In this document: piece by piece, positions 39,317 to 53,997 of the stretch
How positions within the stretch are numbered: position 1 is the stretch's first letter
Layout: the number at the start of each line of letters is the position of its first letter
Assembly: GCF_006345805.1 (NCBI RefSeq)
Contig: NC_043012.1
Coordinates: 6,324,001 to 6,388,000, forward strand
Length of the DNA stretch: 64,000 nt
Reading direction: 5' to 3'
From: Octopus sinensis
Taxonomy: Eukaryota
The notes under the pieces: model-generated
What the model saw: only the letters and a program-made list of their open reading frames with translations
Told to the model about the DNA's origin: nothing
Database searches by the model: none
Translations under genes and position numbers: made by a program

Positions 39317-39771
39317 GGATATTACAATGAACGTTGCATATCTATATCCGAATACCACGAAGAACCTCACGGTAAGAACCTCTCTTCCTGGCATTCCAGG
39401 AGACCACCATTTATAGCCTCTCCTAGTTCCTGTCATGCACTGTTAAAAATGGCCTGTGAGGGAACTAATTCCCTATCTATAAAACACCGTGGAACATCTC
39501 AGAATATCAAAACCAAAACAAGTTAAAAGTTGATACGAAGTATGATAGAACTAGACCTTGAATTACAAGTACGCTGCTTCCTACGAAGATCTGCAAAGTT
39601 TTTGTCTGCCCACTTCAGATTCATGGCTTGGGTTATCCCCCAGGCTGTAGTAAAAGACACTTGCCTTAGATGGCATACAGTAAGGTCGATTCCAGAGCCT
39701 CTGTTTGCAAAGCACAGTTCTTAACCATGAAACCACAGATGTATTCTTATAAATATTATTGGTTTACTCTC

Positions 39772-40210
39772 ACTCTTTACTCGTTTACTTGTTTCAGTCA
39801 TGTGACTGTGGCCATGCTGGTGCACCGCCTTTAGTCAAGCAAATCGACCCCAGGACTTATTCTTTTTAAGCCTAGTACTTATTCTATCAGTCTCTTTTGT
39901 CGAACCACTAAGTTACGAGGACATAAACACACCAGCATCGGTTGTCAAGCAATGTTGGGGGGACAAACACATACACACAAACATACATACACATACATAC
40001 ATATGTATATATATATATTATATATATATATATATACACATATATATGATGGGCTACTTTCAGTTTCCGTCTACTAAATCCACTCACAAGGCTTTGGTCG
40101 GACTGAGGCTATAGTAGAAAACACTTGCCCAAGGGGCCATGCAGTGGGACTGAACCCGGAACCATGTGGTTCGTAAACAAGCTACCTACCACACAGCCGC
40201 TCCTACGCCT
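39772..40210 (-). mobile_element. SINE family A
   Basis: Full reverse-complement copy. Confidence 0.85.
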
Positions 40211-40529
40211 GTATATGCAGGATTTCAACTGAGATGGTTTTCATTTATTAAAATAAAGTCATCATTAGCTGTCTAATTTACTTTTGATGGGACTTGTAAG
40301 TGTATACCCTATGAAATACAGGCATAGATGTGTGGTTAAGAAGTTTGCTTCACAGCTACAAGGTTCTGGGTTCAAACTCTGGACCTCATGGCAATGGCAA
40401 ATCTACTTCAGATTTACTCAAGCTTTTTAAGAGAATTTAAGAAAACAGAAACTGCATCGAAGCCCATTGGATGAATTTCACTTGTATTTCTAAGGTCTGG
40501 CCTTGTCACACTCATGTCGTACTGATTCT

Positions 40530-42222
40530 AACTCTGGATTATATTGTTGTTCCTTCTCAAGCCATGCCTGCTCATAGGGCTGGTTTCCCGGTTTCCTTGG
40601 AGTATAGGTTCCCTACCTGGATGGGACACTGGTCCATTGCAGGTGAGCTGCAAGATGCAGAAGGAAAGAGTGAGTGAAAGTTGTGGCGAAAGAGTCAGCA
40701 GAAGTTTGCCATCACCTTCTGCCAGAGCCGCGTGGAGCTTAGGTGTTTCGCTCATAAACACATACACATCACCTGGTCTGAGATTTGAACCCGCAATCCC
40801 TCAACCACGAGTCCGCTTCTTTAACCACTAGGCCATGTGCCTCCACCTGGATTATATTAAGAGTATACAAATTTAGTGAAAGCGCATGGTTTCATGTTTA
40901 GTGTATATGACTCGTGATTGTAAGGCTGTGAGTTCAATTCCTGGTAGTGTGTCCTTGAGCAAGACATTTTATCTCACAGTGATCCAGTCTCAGCTAGCAA
41001 AAATGCGTTATCATGCATTTCAAAAGGGCTAACCATGTCACATTTTGCATCATACTGAATCTCTGAGAACTACGTTTAGAGTAGATGTGTCTGTGGACTA
41101 CTCAGCCACTTGCATGTTAAATTTCATGAGCTGGCTGTTCCGTCGACTGGATCACTGGAGTTTTTGTCATTATAACTGATGGAGTGCTGAGCCATGCAGA
41201 ACTATGGTATACTCAACCATTGAATAACTGGCTGCTGATACACTGAAATCAGTTGAAGTGTCCATCATGCACACTTTCTAATACATGAGAATCCTGCCCC
41301 TCCCCACAAACACACACAGAACGACATAGAAGCAGATGAATTATTTTAATATATAGATATGTAGCTGTTGTGAAGGTGCATGGCTCAGTGGTTACAGCAT
41401 TGAGCTTATGATTGTGAGGTTGTAAGTTCGATTCCTGGACTGAGCTGCATGTTGTGTTCTTGAGCAAGACATTTCATTTTACATTGCTCCTGTTGGCTCA
41501 ACTGTAGAAATGAGTTGCGACATCACTGGTGCCAAGGTGTATCAGCCCCTTTGTCTTTCCCTTGGAGAACATCAGTGGTGTGGAGAGGAGGGGCTGGTAA
41601 TCATGGGCGACTGTTGTCTTCCACAAACAACCTTGCCTCAGAGGGTAGCTTTCTAGGTGCAATCCTATGGTCATGAATGACCGAAGGGGGTCTCCTCCAT
41701 ACACAATACATACAAACACAACACACACCACACACACACATATATACATACACAACACACACACATACACACACAAACACACACTTACATGTACAACATA
41801 CACACATATATACACAACACACACCACACACATATATACATACACAACACACACACACATACAGCACATACCACACACACACATACAGCACATACCACAC
41901 ACACACATACACACACACACATATGTAAAACAACTGGCACTCACTTTGTCATGATGATAAAGGTTCCAGTTGATCCAATCAATGGAACAGCCTGCTCGTG
42001 AAATTAACATGGAAGTGACTGAGTACTCCACAGACATGCGTACCTCCTCTCAGGGATAATCTGCATGACACAGAATACAACAAGGTTGGCCCTTTGTTGC
42101 CAGCTGAGTGGACTGGGACAACACGAAATAAAGTGTCTTGCTCAAGGCCACAATATATTACCAGGAATTGAACTTACGACCTTGTGCTGAGTACCATAAC
42201 CACTAAGCCACATGTCTCCTTA
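40530..42222. mobile_element. Cluster of tRNA-derived SINEs (40530-40847 -, 40875-41190 +, 41369-41697 +, 41925-42222 -) with a degenerate (CA)n tract
   Basis: Shared heads and cores with the family C and 15445-type copies. Confidence 0.7.
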
Positions 42223-42224
42223 GC

Positions 42225-42256
<32 letters not shown>

Positions 42257-42394
42257 CACATGCACATGTGCATATACATATATATGCAATGCATACACAT
42301 GTAACTACAGAGAAAGGAGAGTGAAGAAGAGAAGAGAGAGGATGAGAGAAGGTAAAGTGAAGGCAAAAGACAGAGAAGGAGAAAGACAAACAGG

Positions 42395-42755
42395 CAGGAG
42401 AGAGAGAGAGAGAGAGAGAGAATGACATAGAGAGAAAGGAGGAAAGAGAATGACATAGAGTGACAGAGAATGACAGAGACAAAGAGAGAGAGAGAGAATG
42501 ACCGAGAAAGAGAGAGAGAATGACATAGAGAGAGAACGACAGAGAGAAAGAGAGAGGGAGACAGAATGACACAGAAAGAGAGAGAGAATGACAAACAGAC
42601 AGAGAGAAAATGACAGAGAGAGAGAAGGAGAGAGAATGACATGGAGAGAGAGGGAGAGAGAATGACATAGAGAGAGAGAGAGAGGGAGAGAGAGAGAGAA
42701 TAACATATATATAGAGATTGACATAGAGAGAGAGAGAGGGAGAGAGAGAATGAAG
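42395..42755. repeat. (GA)n-derived minisatellite with recurrent AATGACA unit
   Basis: GAGAATGACA(T/G)AGAG recurs more than 10 times. Confidence 0.85.
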
Positions 42756-43177
42756 ATGGAATAAATGAATGAAAAGTCCAAACTTAATAACCAGTGGAAG
42801 TATTTTTATTGGTCAAAACAAACTTGAGAGGAGGGAAAGTGGGAGGAGCGGGAGGAGTAGTCTAAATATTGTTTTGTCTTTGTTTTTGCTTTCTTTTTTT
42901 TTTTTAAATATATTTTAAAATATGATTGAACAAATTAATTGATTATATAATTATATAACCAATCAATTTAATTAATTTCAAACAATCGATGGGCAATTTG
43001 CAAAAGTAGGGGTCAAGACCAAAAATAACAGGGGAAAAAAAAAATCTAGAAAAATCTAAAAAAAATAAAAAAAATAAAAATGAAATTTGTTTTTCAAATA
43101 AGGAAAAGAAATAAAAAATGAAAATAAAAAATAATGATAACACAAAAGAATTATTCATTATTATATATATATATCTA

Positions 43178-43247
<70 letters not shown>

Positions 43248-43286
43248 TACATACATAGACATATATATATGCATACATACATAGAC

Positions 43287-43334
<48 letters not shown>

Positions 43335-43336
43335 TA

Positions 43337-43389
<53 letters not shown>

Positions 43390-43418
43390 ATATATAACAC
43401 ATATATATATATATATGC

Positions 43419-43471
<53 letters not shown>

Positions 43472-43554
43472 ATAAAAGGTAAAATCAGTAATAATTTTAC
43501 CAGGTGGTCAGTGCAGAAATAAAAACCTCATAGGTAAATATTACAAAATATTTT

Positions 43555-43846
43555 ATAATTATATACATAATCATAACAAAGGATTGGCTTTATGCCTCAC
43601 CATGCATTGCAAGAAATAGATGCTAAAGCTCCTAATACCACCTGAAAATCTCCAAGAATAACAAACTATTTTGTAGGTGAGCAAAAGAAAAATAATGATG
43701 ATTCATTATTTTTCTTTTGGTTGCCTATTTTTCTTTTGGTTATTCTCGGAGATTTTGAAGTGGTAACAGGGGCTTTAGTGACTATTTCTTGCAGTGCATG
43801 GTGAGGTGTAAAGCCAATCCCTTGTTATAATTATGTATATAATTAT
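43555..43846. repeat. Imperfect palindrome (~145-bp arms) between (TA)n arrays
   Basis: GGATTGGCTTTATGCCTCACCATGCATTGCAAGAAATAG versus CTATTTCTTGCAGTGCATGGTGAGGTGTAAAGCCAATCC. Centre near 43700. Confidence 0.85.
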
Positions 43847-43925
43847 ATATATATATATATTCACATATATTGTATACATATAAATATATATATTCACATA
43901 TATTCTATACATATATAAATATATA

Positions 43926-43965
<40 letters not shown>

Positions 43966-43970
43966 TATAT

Positions 43971-44016
<46 letters not shown>

Positions 44017-44151
44017 TACATACATAGAGATATATATATATATATATATATACATACATACACACATATATATACACATACATATATATATATATATATA
44101 TACCATATATGTTTGTGTGTATATATATACATAGATATACATATACATACA

Positions 44152-44186
<35 letters not shown>

Positions 44187-44235
44187 GCATGTATGTATAT
44201 ACATATATATACATATATAGATATATATACTATGT

Positions 44236-44279
<44 letters not shown>

Positions 44280-45092
44280 ATATATATATATATATATATA
44301 TATCATACACACACATATGTATATGTATATACATACATACATATATATTTGTGTGTGTATATATATATATTTAGATATTATATGTCTATGTGGAGAACAG
44401 GCACGCATGTACTTCACATGGCAGTATGTATGTATAAAATGTAAAAAGTTTTGGAAACAAAACATAAGAAAAAATAATGATAATTTTATGAAAAATGATA
44501 TTTAAGAGAGGCCCTGAGGCTACAAATGTTTGATTGGGTTGGATGGGGGTAATCTAGTCGAATAAATTAATACCCCAGTATATCACTGGTATTTTATCGA
44601 CCCCAGTGCTTAGCTGGTACTTTATTTTATCGAACCTATGGAAGGATGAACGGCAAAGTTGACCATGATGGGATTTGAACTTCAAACACAGAGTACATGA
44701 AAGGTAATATTTTCATATCTCTCTGTCTCTTTCAATCTATCTGTCTTTCTGTCTGTCTCTTTCTCTCTCTCTGCCTTTGTCAGTCTGTCTAATTATTGAA
44801 GCTAAAAAATAAAAAGGGAAATAATCCTATTTTTTCATTTCTATTTTAGTTTCTTTACCTCTGGAAATCTATATGATGTTTGGGAAAGAGAGAGATAGCA
44901 ATAATGAAAGAGGGAGAGAGAAAGAGAAAAGAGAGGGAGAAAGACAAAGAAAAAAAAGAGGAGAGTGGGATGAGGAAAAAAAACTGTGTTTATTCGAGCA
45001 AGCACTGTTAAAAATACATGTATGATGGGCACTAGTGGAGACAGGTAGATCAATGGAACAACTATTTCAGACACAGTTTTCATTTATTTTAC

Positions 45093-45125
<33 letters not shown>

Positions 45126-45127
45126 GG

Positions 45128-45158
<31 letters not shown>

Positions 45159-45484
45159 GCATATATATATATACACACATATATTTATGTGTAGATTTAT
45201 ATGTAATTTTTTTCTTTTAATTTGTTGCTTTTTGTTTGCTTTTTTTTTCTTCTTTTTCTTCTTTTTGGTTTGTTTTGGTTTTCAAATACTGAAACTAAAT
45301 ATTCATACAACTGGACATTATTTAGCAAAACGTTCTTGCCATTTAGGGGTGGGAGGGCAGGAGTATATACATGGAGGTGTTTTGGCGATTACTTAGAGCT
45401 TCCTAATATATATACACAAATACATATACATACATATATATATATAAACATACACATATATATATGTATATATATATAAATGTA

Positions 45485-45520
<36 letters not shown>

Positions 45521-45709
45521 TGTGTATATATATATGTGTGTGTGTGTGTGTGAGTGTGTATGTGTATATAGATATGTGTGTGTGTGTGTGTGTCAGTGTA
45601 TGAAATATACATTAATTTGAGTAAATGTATGTTATATATATATATATATGTGAGCATGTGTAAGTATATATAAATATATATATCTATACACACACATAAT
45701 ATCTATACA

Positions 45710-45765
<56 letters not shown>

Positions 45766-45810
45766 TATATATATGTATATATATAGTGTGTATATATATA
45801 TGGTTTTATA

Positions 45811-45853
<43 letters not shown>

Positions 45854-46972
45854 ATAGAGGTATGTATAATATATGTATATGTTAATAAGCAAAAGAAATG
45901 AGTACTCAATACATGGTGTAGAGTTTATATCTATTGGGTTATTCACAGCACTGAACCAATGGACATTATATATATATATATATATATATATATACAAACA
46001 CACACATACATACACTATATATATATAAATATATATGTATATATGTGCATGTGTGTGCATGTGTATGCATGTGTATGTGTGTATATACACATATATGTGT
46101 ATATGTGTGTATAAGGGCGAGAGCCAAAGAAATGCACAAATATGAATATTTTCGGCGTGTATGCTTTTTATATAGTAATTTTATTGGTAATATCTTTAGA
46201 AGTAACATACATACATACATACATACATACATACATACATACATACAAATTTACATACATACATGCACATGCACACACACACACACACATTCAGATATAC
46301 GCGTGTCTGCATGTGTCTGTGTGTCAGTGTGTGTGCCTGATGATTCCTCTCCATATTTTCGTATTTTTCTGTTACAAAATATGTCCCTGCTCAGATTAAC
46401 AAAAATTAAAGTTACACAATACAAACAAACATATTTTAGCATCTATCATTAATATTTACTGTAATGGTGATGATACACATGCAGATATATATACATACAT
46501 ACATATATATATATATAAATATATATATATTCAAATACACAAATACAAATGCTTATGTATATGTGCATGTGAGTGTATGCATGTCTGTATGTATGTATGT
46601 TCATAAGTATTTATGTATATATTAATGTATTAATGAATGTATGTACATACAGTTTTGTATGAATATGTTTTTAGTTTCAGAGATGCAATCCACCTGCCTT
46701 CCTGATAAATGTAAGAATATATTTGTTTATATTTGTAACAGGTTTTATGGACTCACTATTTATACAAATATGTAGTATGCACATTTGTGTGTGTGTTTGG
46801 TGTGTGTGTGTGTATTTGTATGTATGGATACTGATATATATATATATATGTGTATGCTATGCAACATATATACAAGTGTGTGTATACACACATATCTACA
46901 TATGTGGATACATATATATCTATACATACATACATATATGTGTGTGTATATATATATATGTATATATATATA

Positions 46973-47007
<35 letters not shown>

Positions 47008-47391
47008 TTATATATAGATACTCATGTTGACATCCACTTTTATATGTGTACGTGTGTCAGATGGAATTTGTTGTAGCAGATTTCCCAAGACCAGATGCCT
47101 TCCCTGCTGCCAATCCCCACCTATTTCTAAGCAGAGCAATATTTCCATACAGCCATGCATATTTTTCACAGAACAGTGGAAATGGAAATGAACAATTTCA
47201 CTTGTACGATGATGATGATGTCCATTTGCAACAATCACATGATGTCTAGACAAGGCCACACACAAACATGCACACATACATACATATATATACACACATA
47301 CATATATATATATATACACATACATATACATATATATATATATGTGTGTCTATATATATATATATATACATATATGTATACTATATATATA

Positions 47392-47441
<50 letters not shown>

Positions 47442-47458
47442 ATATATATATGGTTATC

Positions 47459-47494
<36 letters not shown>

Positions 47495-47606
47495 TATATA
47501 TGTATATATATATATATATAGACACACATATATATATATATATGTATATGTATGTGTATAATAATATATAATATTATATATATATATATAATGTATATAT
47601 ATACAA

Positions 47607-47671
<65 letters not shown>

Positions 47672-48805
47672 CATATATGGTCCCACCCATGCCAGCATGG
47701 AAGGAAGACGTTAAGCGATGATGATGATGATGATAATGATGATGATGATGATGTACACACATACAACAGTTTTTGCCAAACCCACTCACAAACCTTTGCT
47801 CATCGCAAGGCTGTTGTAGAAGATACCTGCCCAATGTGCCGTGCCATGGGACTGAACCCAAAACCACGTGATTGGGAAATGATAATGGTACTGGAAGTAT
47901 ATCAATGGTATCTAGTTAATGTATTCTGTATTGGCACCATATTGATGGTATTAGGGCCATGGTGATTGTATTAGAATAATTCTATTAGCAGTATTGTTAC
48001 ATGTTGAACAATAGTTCTGCTGTGAAGTCAGTATTTTGTTTCATTGACAGCATCTGGTGTATATTATTTAGTGACAATGTCCAACAATCTTGTGGTGTGT
48101 TTACAAACAGGCTATGTTGACTCAATGTTGACTGTATTGACTCTATGTTGACTGTATTGACTCTCTGTTGACAACATTGAAGCTCTTTCAGCCGTTCATT
48201 TCTAATATCTACATTTTAACGTCCACTTCTCCATGCCTGCATGGGTCAGACAAAATTTGTGGAAGCAGATTTTTTGACTGGATACTATCTGGTTCCACTT
48301 AAAGTACTATTTTCCTTAGTTCTTTGAACAATGAATAACACTGTGGCCAGCCATGCTTTTATGGATGATTGCAAACGAATGACAACCATTTCAATGAAGG
48401 TAATGTTTGTGTACAATTAGCACAAGCTTATCAAGACAAGCACAATCACACACATGCACATACAATGCACGTGTGCGTGCACCCCCACCTCTCACAACAC
48501 AAATCAGTGCTAGCTTAGTCTCGATTCTACAAGATGTAAGATAAATAACTATTTCCATACAATCAATTATTCTGTAAAAAATATAAGCTTATAAAAACGA
48601 TATCACACAGAGCACATACAGCATATCATATAAGCCACGAATAAGGAAATCACTGAGAGAATAAACTGTATAACATAAGCAAGTATGTTTGGATATCACC
48701 CACATTCTTTAATAATATTATAACATGAATCATGAAGACAGAAGTGTGTTCCATTCTACAATATGCAGCAGTAGCTACTTAATTCCAGATCACCTGTGTT
48801 ATATA

Positions 48806-48838
<33 letters not shown>

Positions 48839-49305
48839 TATAGATATACAGAATATATATATATGTATCTATATCTATGAATGTATATATGTATATATAT
48901 ATGTGTGTGTGTGTCTATACATACATACATATACATACATATATATACACATACATATATACATACTTGTGTGAATATATATATATTATATATATATATA
49001 TATTCACACAAGTATGTATATATGTATTATATATGTATATGTATGTATATATGCATATGCATATGTATGTAAGTATGTACATGTATGCACACACACACAC
49101 ACACATTGTTGATGTCAGAAAATTTCTAATCTAAAATGGATAGAACAGTTGAAAGGATTGCTTTGGTACAAGAGATGTGGGTTCAAGTCCAATGGGCAGC
49201 CTTCAACATTTTTCTATCCAAATGGGTTTTTTACTTCAATATTTACATACTATTGTTAATAGCTTTTCAATGTACTTCAAGAATCAATTCCACCCCCAAA
49301 GAGAG

Positions 49306-49347
<42 letters not shown>

Positions 49348-49353
49348 TATAGA

Positions 49354-49753
49354 GGTAAAATATGAAAAATCAACGAAAATGCATATTGTAGATATAAAAA
49401 GGCTATTTATGACAGGTAGAACAAATATATACATTTAGAGTATACTAATCAAAAAGGTCATTATATTGATGATTATAAGAAGTTAATAATAATAATAATA
49501 AGGTAAGAGAGTGAAACGAACCATTGGTTTTCGCATAGCTATTCATCATTTTCAAAACGATGAATAGCTAATGCGAAAACCAATGGGTTCGTTTCACTCT
49601 CTTACCTTATTATTATTATTAACTTCTTATAATCATCAATAATAATGACTTTTTGATTAGTAATACTCTAAATGTATATATTTGTTACTACCTGTCATAA
49701 ATAGCCTTTTTATATCTACAATATGCATTTTCGTTGATTTTTCATATTTTACC
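49354..49753. mobile_element. Near-perfect 400-bp palindrome between (TA)n arrays with head-to-head hammerhead-like motifs at its centre
   Basis: Arms 49354-49547 and 49559-49753 with an 11-nt loop. Each strand reads (U)GAUGA-AUAGCUAUGC-GAAA-ACC(AAU)GGU-UC^GUUUCA outward from the centre. Confidence 0.7.
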
Positions 49754-49800
49754 CTTACATTTCCACGTGTATTTTATATTTTTTTCAAAACATATTTCTA

Positions 49801-49831
<31 letters not shown>

Positions 49832-49837
49832 GTATGC

Positions 49838-49872
<35 letters not shown>

Positions 49873-50647
49873 AGAATGCATGTGCTTGTGTGTGTGTGTG
49901 TGTGTATGTATATATATATGTATGTGTGTATGTATGTATATGTATGCATGTATGTATGTGTGCATGTATGAATGCATGCATATTTGCTGGTATGCTTATG
50001 TAGTGCTGTTTATTCCTGTGTATGTATGTATGTATATATGCATGTGCGTATGCATGTATGCACCCTACACATTGATACTCTGACCAATTGTGGTAACGTC
50101 TCAAATGTTAAACAATTTCACTGTCAAAAGATCCCACTAACATCACATTAACAGCCCTCAAGAAACACATATAAACATCCATAAATACTTCAACAAAAAT
50201 TACAGTAAGCTTTCTTCTCTCTATCTTTATTTTACTTTAATTTTCTCAAGAAATAAATGTTACAATTTCAGAAAAAAATATAGACATATTGGTTTTTGTT
50301 TAGTTCCACATCAACACTGATTGAGCAGACTTATGACCAAAAGTATTCCAACCATGACCATCCTTACATCTTTTTTTAAAAAAAAAACGAGTACACCTCA
50401 TTTCGAACTGCCATTATCCATTATTCAATAAAGACCATTTTTTATTATCAAATATGCAAGATTATGATTTTATAGGTTGCTATTGTTTCAGTGGATTCAG
50501 CAACCACATTGAAGTTCTTTCACTGATTCCGGTTCCATAGCTGAGTGAGATTAAGAGTGGATTCTAAAGAAACATTGATGGAATCAACCCCTACTCTGTT
50601 ACTGATGATGCAATTTGATCCCTGACAATATGGAATTTGAAGTTTAG

Positions 50648-50690
<43 letters not shown>

Positions 50691-51151
50691 GGTCTTTAGA
50701 GGTCAAGCATACGGTGCTCATTTTTTAACCAATGTACCAATTGTTGAGTCTTAGGTTGGCTTTCTTTTGTTACATCTATTATCAACAACATATGCCATGA
50801 ACATCCTGTTTTATGTACGGGGATTCCAGTATTTGTTACATTATTCAACAAACCCTTTAAGGTATCAGAGTGTTAATTGTAGAAGATATGGCTGTTGTTT
50901 ATAGAAGGTCATATGTCGACATAAAGATGTCTGATAAAAATGGTCATCTCGAAGAATTTCAAATTATTTACAATGATTACAAGTATACGAAGAGAAGAAG
51001 AGAATTCTAGCATTTTGAGATGTGGTCTTTTTACCTTTCTTCTTATTTTCATTGGAAGGCATCTTTCATTTCCTGTGTCACCCCCAAATAAGTAAATTTA
51101 TTCTAGAACACGTATTGAGTACTCTTCTCCATGTGAGAAGCAAAAAGAAGG

Positions 51152-51187
<36 letters not shown>

Positions 51188-51197
51188 CATTCTTTGG

Positions 51198-51228
<31 letters not shown>

Positions 51229-51260
51229 TGTGTGTTATATGTAGGTTATATGTATATATA

Positions 51261-51304
<44 letters not shown>

Positions 51305-51361
51305 GTCTGTGTATGTGCGTGTGTGTATACATGAAGGAATATGTATTATAAATATATATAG

Positions 51362-51571
51362 TGTTATAATTGTAACAAACTGTAAAAGTTTGTCATTATA
51401 GTACTCAGAGTTTCAAATGTCGAAGTGAAGAGCTGCGATGCATTCTTGTTGGTTATTAATGGGTCTGTTGCTATTAATAGCTGACAAGAATGCATCATAG
51501 CTCTTCACTCCAACATTGAAACTCTGAGTACTATAATTACAACTTTTTATGGTTTGTTATAAATTATAACA
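51362..51571. mobile_element. Older imperfect palindrome (~100-bp arms) with head-to-head hammerhead motifs
   Basis: Arms differ mainly by transitions. The plus arm 51473-51537 folds as a type I hammerhead. Confidence 0.7.
51473..51537 (+). ncRNA. Decayed type I hammerhead ribozyme
   Basis: AUUAAUAG-CUGACAA-G-AAUG...CAUU-GAAA-CUC(U)GAG-UA^CUAUAAU. Stem I AUAG/CUAU. Same palindromic stem III as the 16891 motif. G8 to A at a CpG position. Confidence 0.6.
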
Positions 51572-51626
51572 TAATAAATAATCTTCTATTTCTCTAATAT
51601 CAAGGTCTCATTCATTGTTGTCACTT

Positions 51627-51685
<59 letters not shown>

Positions 51686-52284
51686 TATATGTATGAGTGT
51701 GCACATGTATGTATATATATATATAGGTATATATTTGTATGAATGAGTAAGTATATATGTGTGTGTTGTGTGTATATGCATGTATATATATGTATATATA
51801 TATATATATATATGCACACACACACATCATATACACAAACATGTCATGTGCATGTGTATCGTATGCATGGATGAAATAAAAATCAACAATATCAAGCACA
51901 AAAAAATAACAAATATAAATATTGAATGACTTGACAGCATAACAAAAGTGGTTGCTATGGAAATTGATTAAGGATCAGCATGGAAAACTAAACTATTGAG
52001 AAAATATTAATATTAGGATTGGTATAGCATCTGTGCAGGAACTAAAATGGAACCTGGGATCCTGCTACATCACAGAAGTGGGGCGCAAAACTTTTTTTTT
52101 CGTGGGAGAAATTTAACCTGCATTGAGATTCAAAATGACCTGTTTCTAAAATCACAGAAAAATGTTTGTTTTGAGCAAAACAGCAATTTTTGTAAAAGTT
52201 AATAAAATTGAAGATTCATTATTTTTTTCAGCAAAGATTCATCTTGGAATTTCTTACTTGCAAGTTTTGCCTGTGATATTTATT

Positions 52285-52495
52285 CTGCTCTAGGCACATG
52301 GCCTGAGAATTTGTGGGGAGGGGCTAGTAGATTTACATTGACCCCAGTACTCAACTGGTACTTGATTTTATTGACCTTGAAAGGATGAAAGGCAGAGTCA
52401 TCCTCAGCAGAATTTGAACTCAGAACGCAAAGCCAAGAGAAGGCCCACAGAGCATTCTATCCATCATGCTAATGGTTCTGCCAGCTCGCTGCCAG
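52285..52495 (-). mobile_element. SINE family B (degenerate); similar copies at ~44540-44690 and ~58850-59038
   Basis: CAGTACTCAACTGGTACTT...AAGGATGAAAGGCA...GAATTTGAACTCAG. Confidence 0.7.
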
Positions 52496-53656
52496 TTTTG
52501 CCTCTGATATCTACAAGGTTTCTCATCCTGGGGAAGAGTTTATGCTGGAGTTTAATCAAGAAGGTTGGTGTTTTATCTGAGTATGAGCTGAAGTATGACG
52601 ACCTGCAGGATTGCGTTAAGGACTTCAATATAAACATCATTTAAACCTTAAAGATTACTGCAGTAATTGAGCCTCAGTATGAGAATGAAATAGAGTTGGA
52701 TGATGTGGTCTGAGTACAAGAGTAAAAAGGTTATGTAAAGGCAGTAGAAAGCTGACAAAAGCTGAGGAGTGCTATGGATGCAGAAATGTATGACTCTAAG
52801 TTGATAAGACATTGGTATGAATAGAGGCAGTAAAAAGCTGACAAAGGCTTTGAGACAATATACTCGAGTGGTTGCAATGGATACTGAGTATAAACCTAAG
52901 TATGAACTTAAGGGTTGGTAAAATGATTGAGTGAAAGCTGTATAAAAAAATGAGAAAGGCAGAGAAGAAGCAGTATAACCTGGTGATTGATTATGAAATA
53001 AAGTATGGAGATTGATAATGAAAATAACTATGAACTGCGGACATTGTTATGAAATGAGAAAAAGGCAGTTGAAAGCTGTAAACAGGCAGTGATTAAAATA
53101 TGATCTAAAGAGAAGAAGCAAAGGGAACTTAATGGAGACAGTAGAAAGCTGAGCAAACGCAGCATAACTGAAGTATAGAGTTTAGAGTTTAGTTGGTTGC
53201 TATGGAAACTGAAGTATGACTAACTTTAAAGCTTACATAGTTACCATGGACAATGATTAAGTTTCCTAACGAGTCAGCAAAATTTGTGAAAATAAAAGAA
53301 GCTGAATATAAATACATAGAAATGTCTACGTCTATCTGTGCATGTGTGTGTGTGTGTGTGTATGTGCATGTGTGTGAGTGTGAAAATGTGTGCATGTGTG
53401 TACTCACATGCACGTACACAGAAGAATTCACACACACACACACACAATAAAATGATTGAAGAATAAATTCTAACAAAATTATTTCGTTGTTGTTGATGTA
53501 GCTGCTGAAAAATGGTTTTCTTGTTATTACCATTGGTGGGAAGTGCATACAAACACACACACACACACAAACACGTATACCTAATATATTAATGTACATA
53601 CACATATATACTTACATATACACATACATATATACACACATATACATATAGAATAC

Positions 53657-53688
<32 letters not shown>

Positions 53689-53891
53689 AATTAATTATAC
53701 TATATTCTTCTGCGTGTTTAGATATGTGGAAAGGGGAGAGAGAACGAGAGAGAGAGGGAGACGGAGAGAGAGAGAGAGAGAGAGGATGTGAAGGAGAGTT
53801 ATTAATGTATTTGTATGTATGTGTATCTATAATAAAACCACTTAGCAATTAAATACTTAAATGATATATATATATATATATATATATATAT

Positions 53892-53934
<43 letters not shown>

Positions 53935-53961
53935 TATTCCATATACATATGTATGTATATG

Positions 53962-53997
<36 letters not shown>

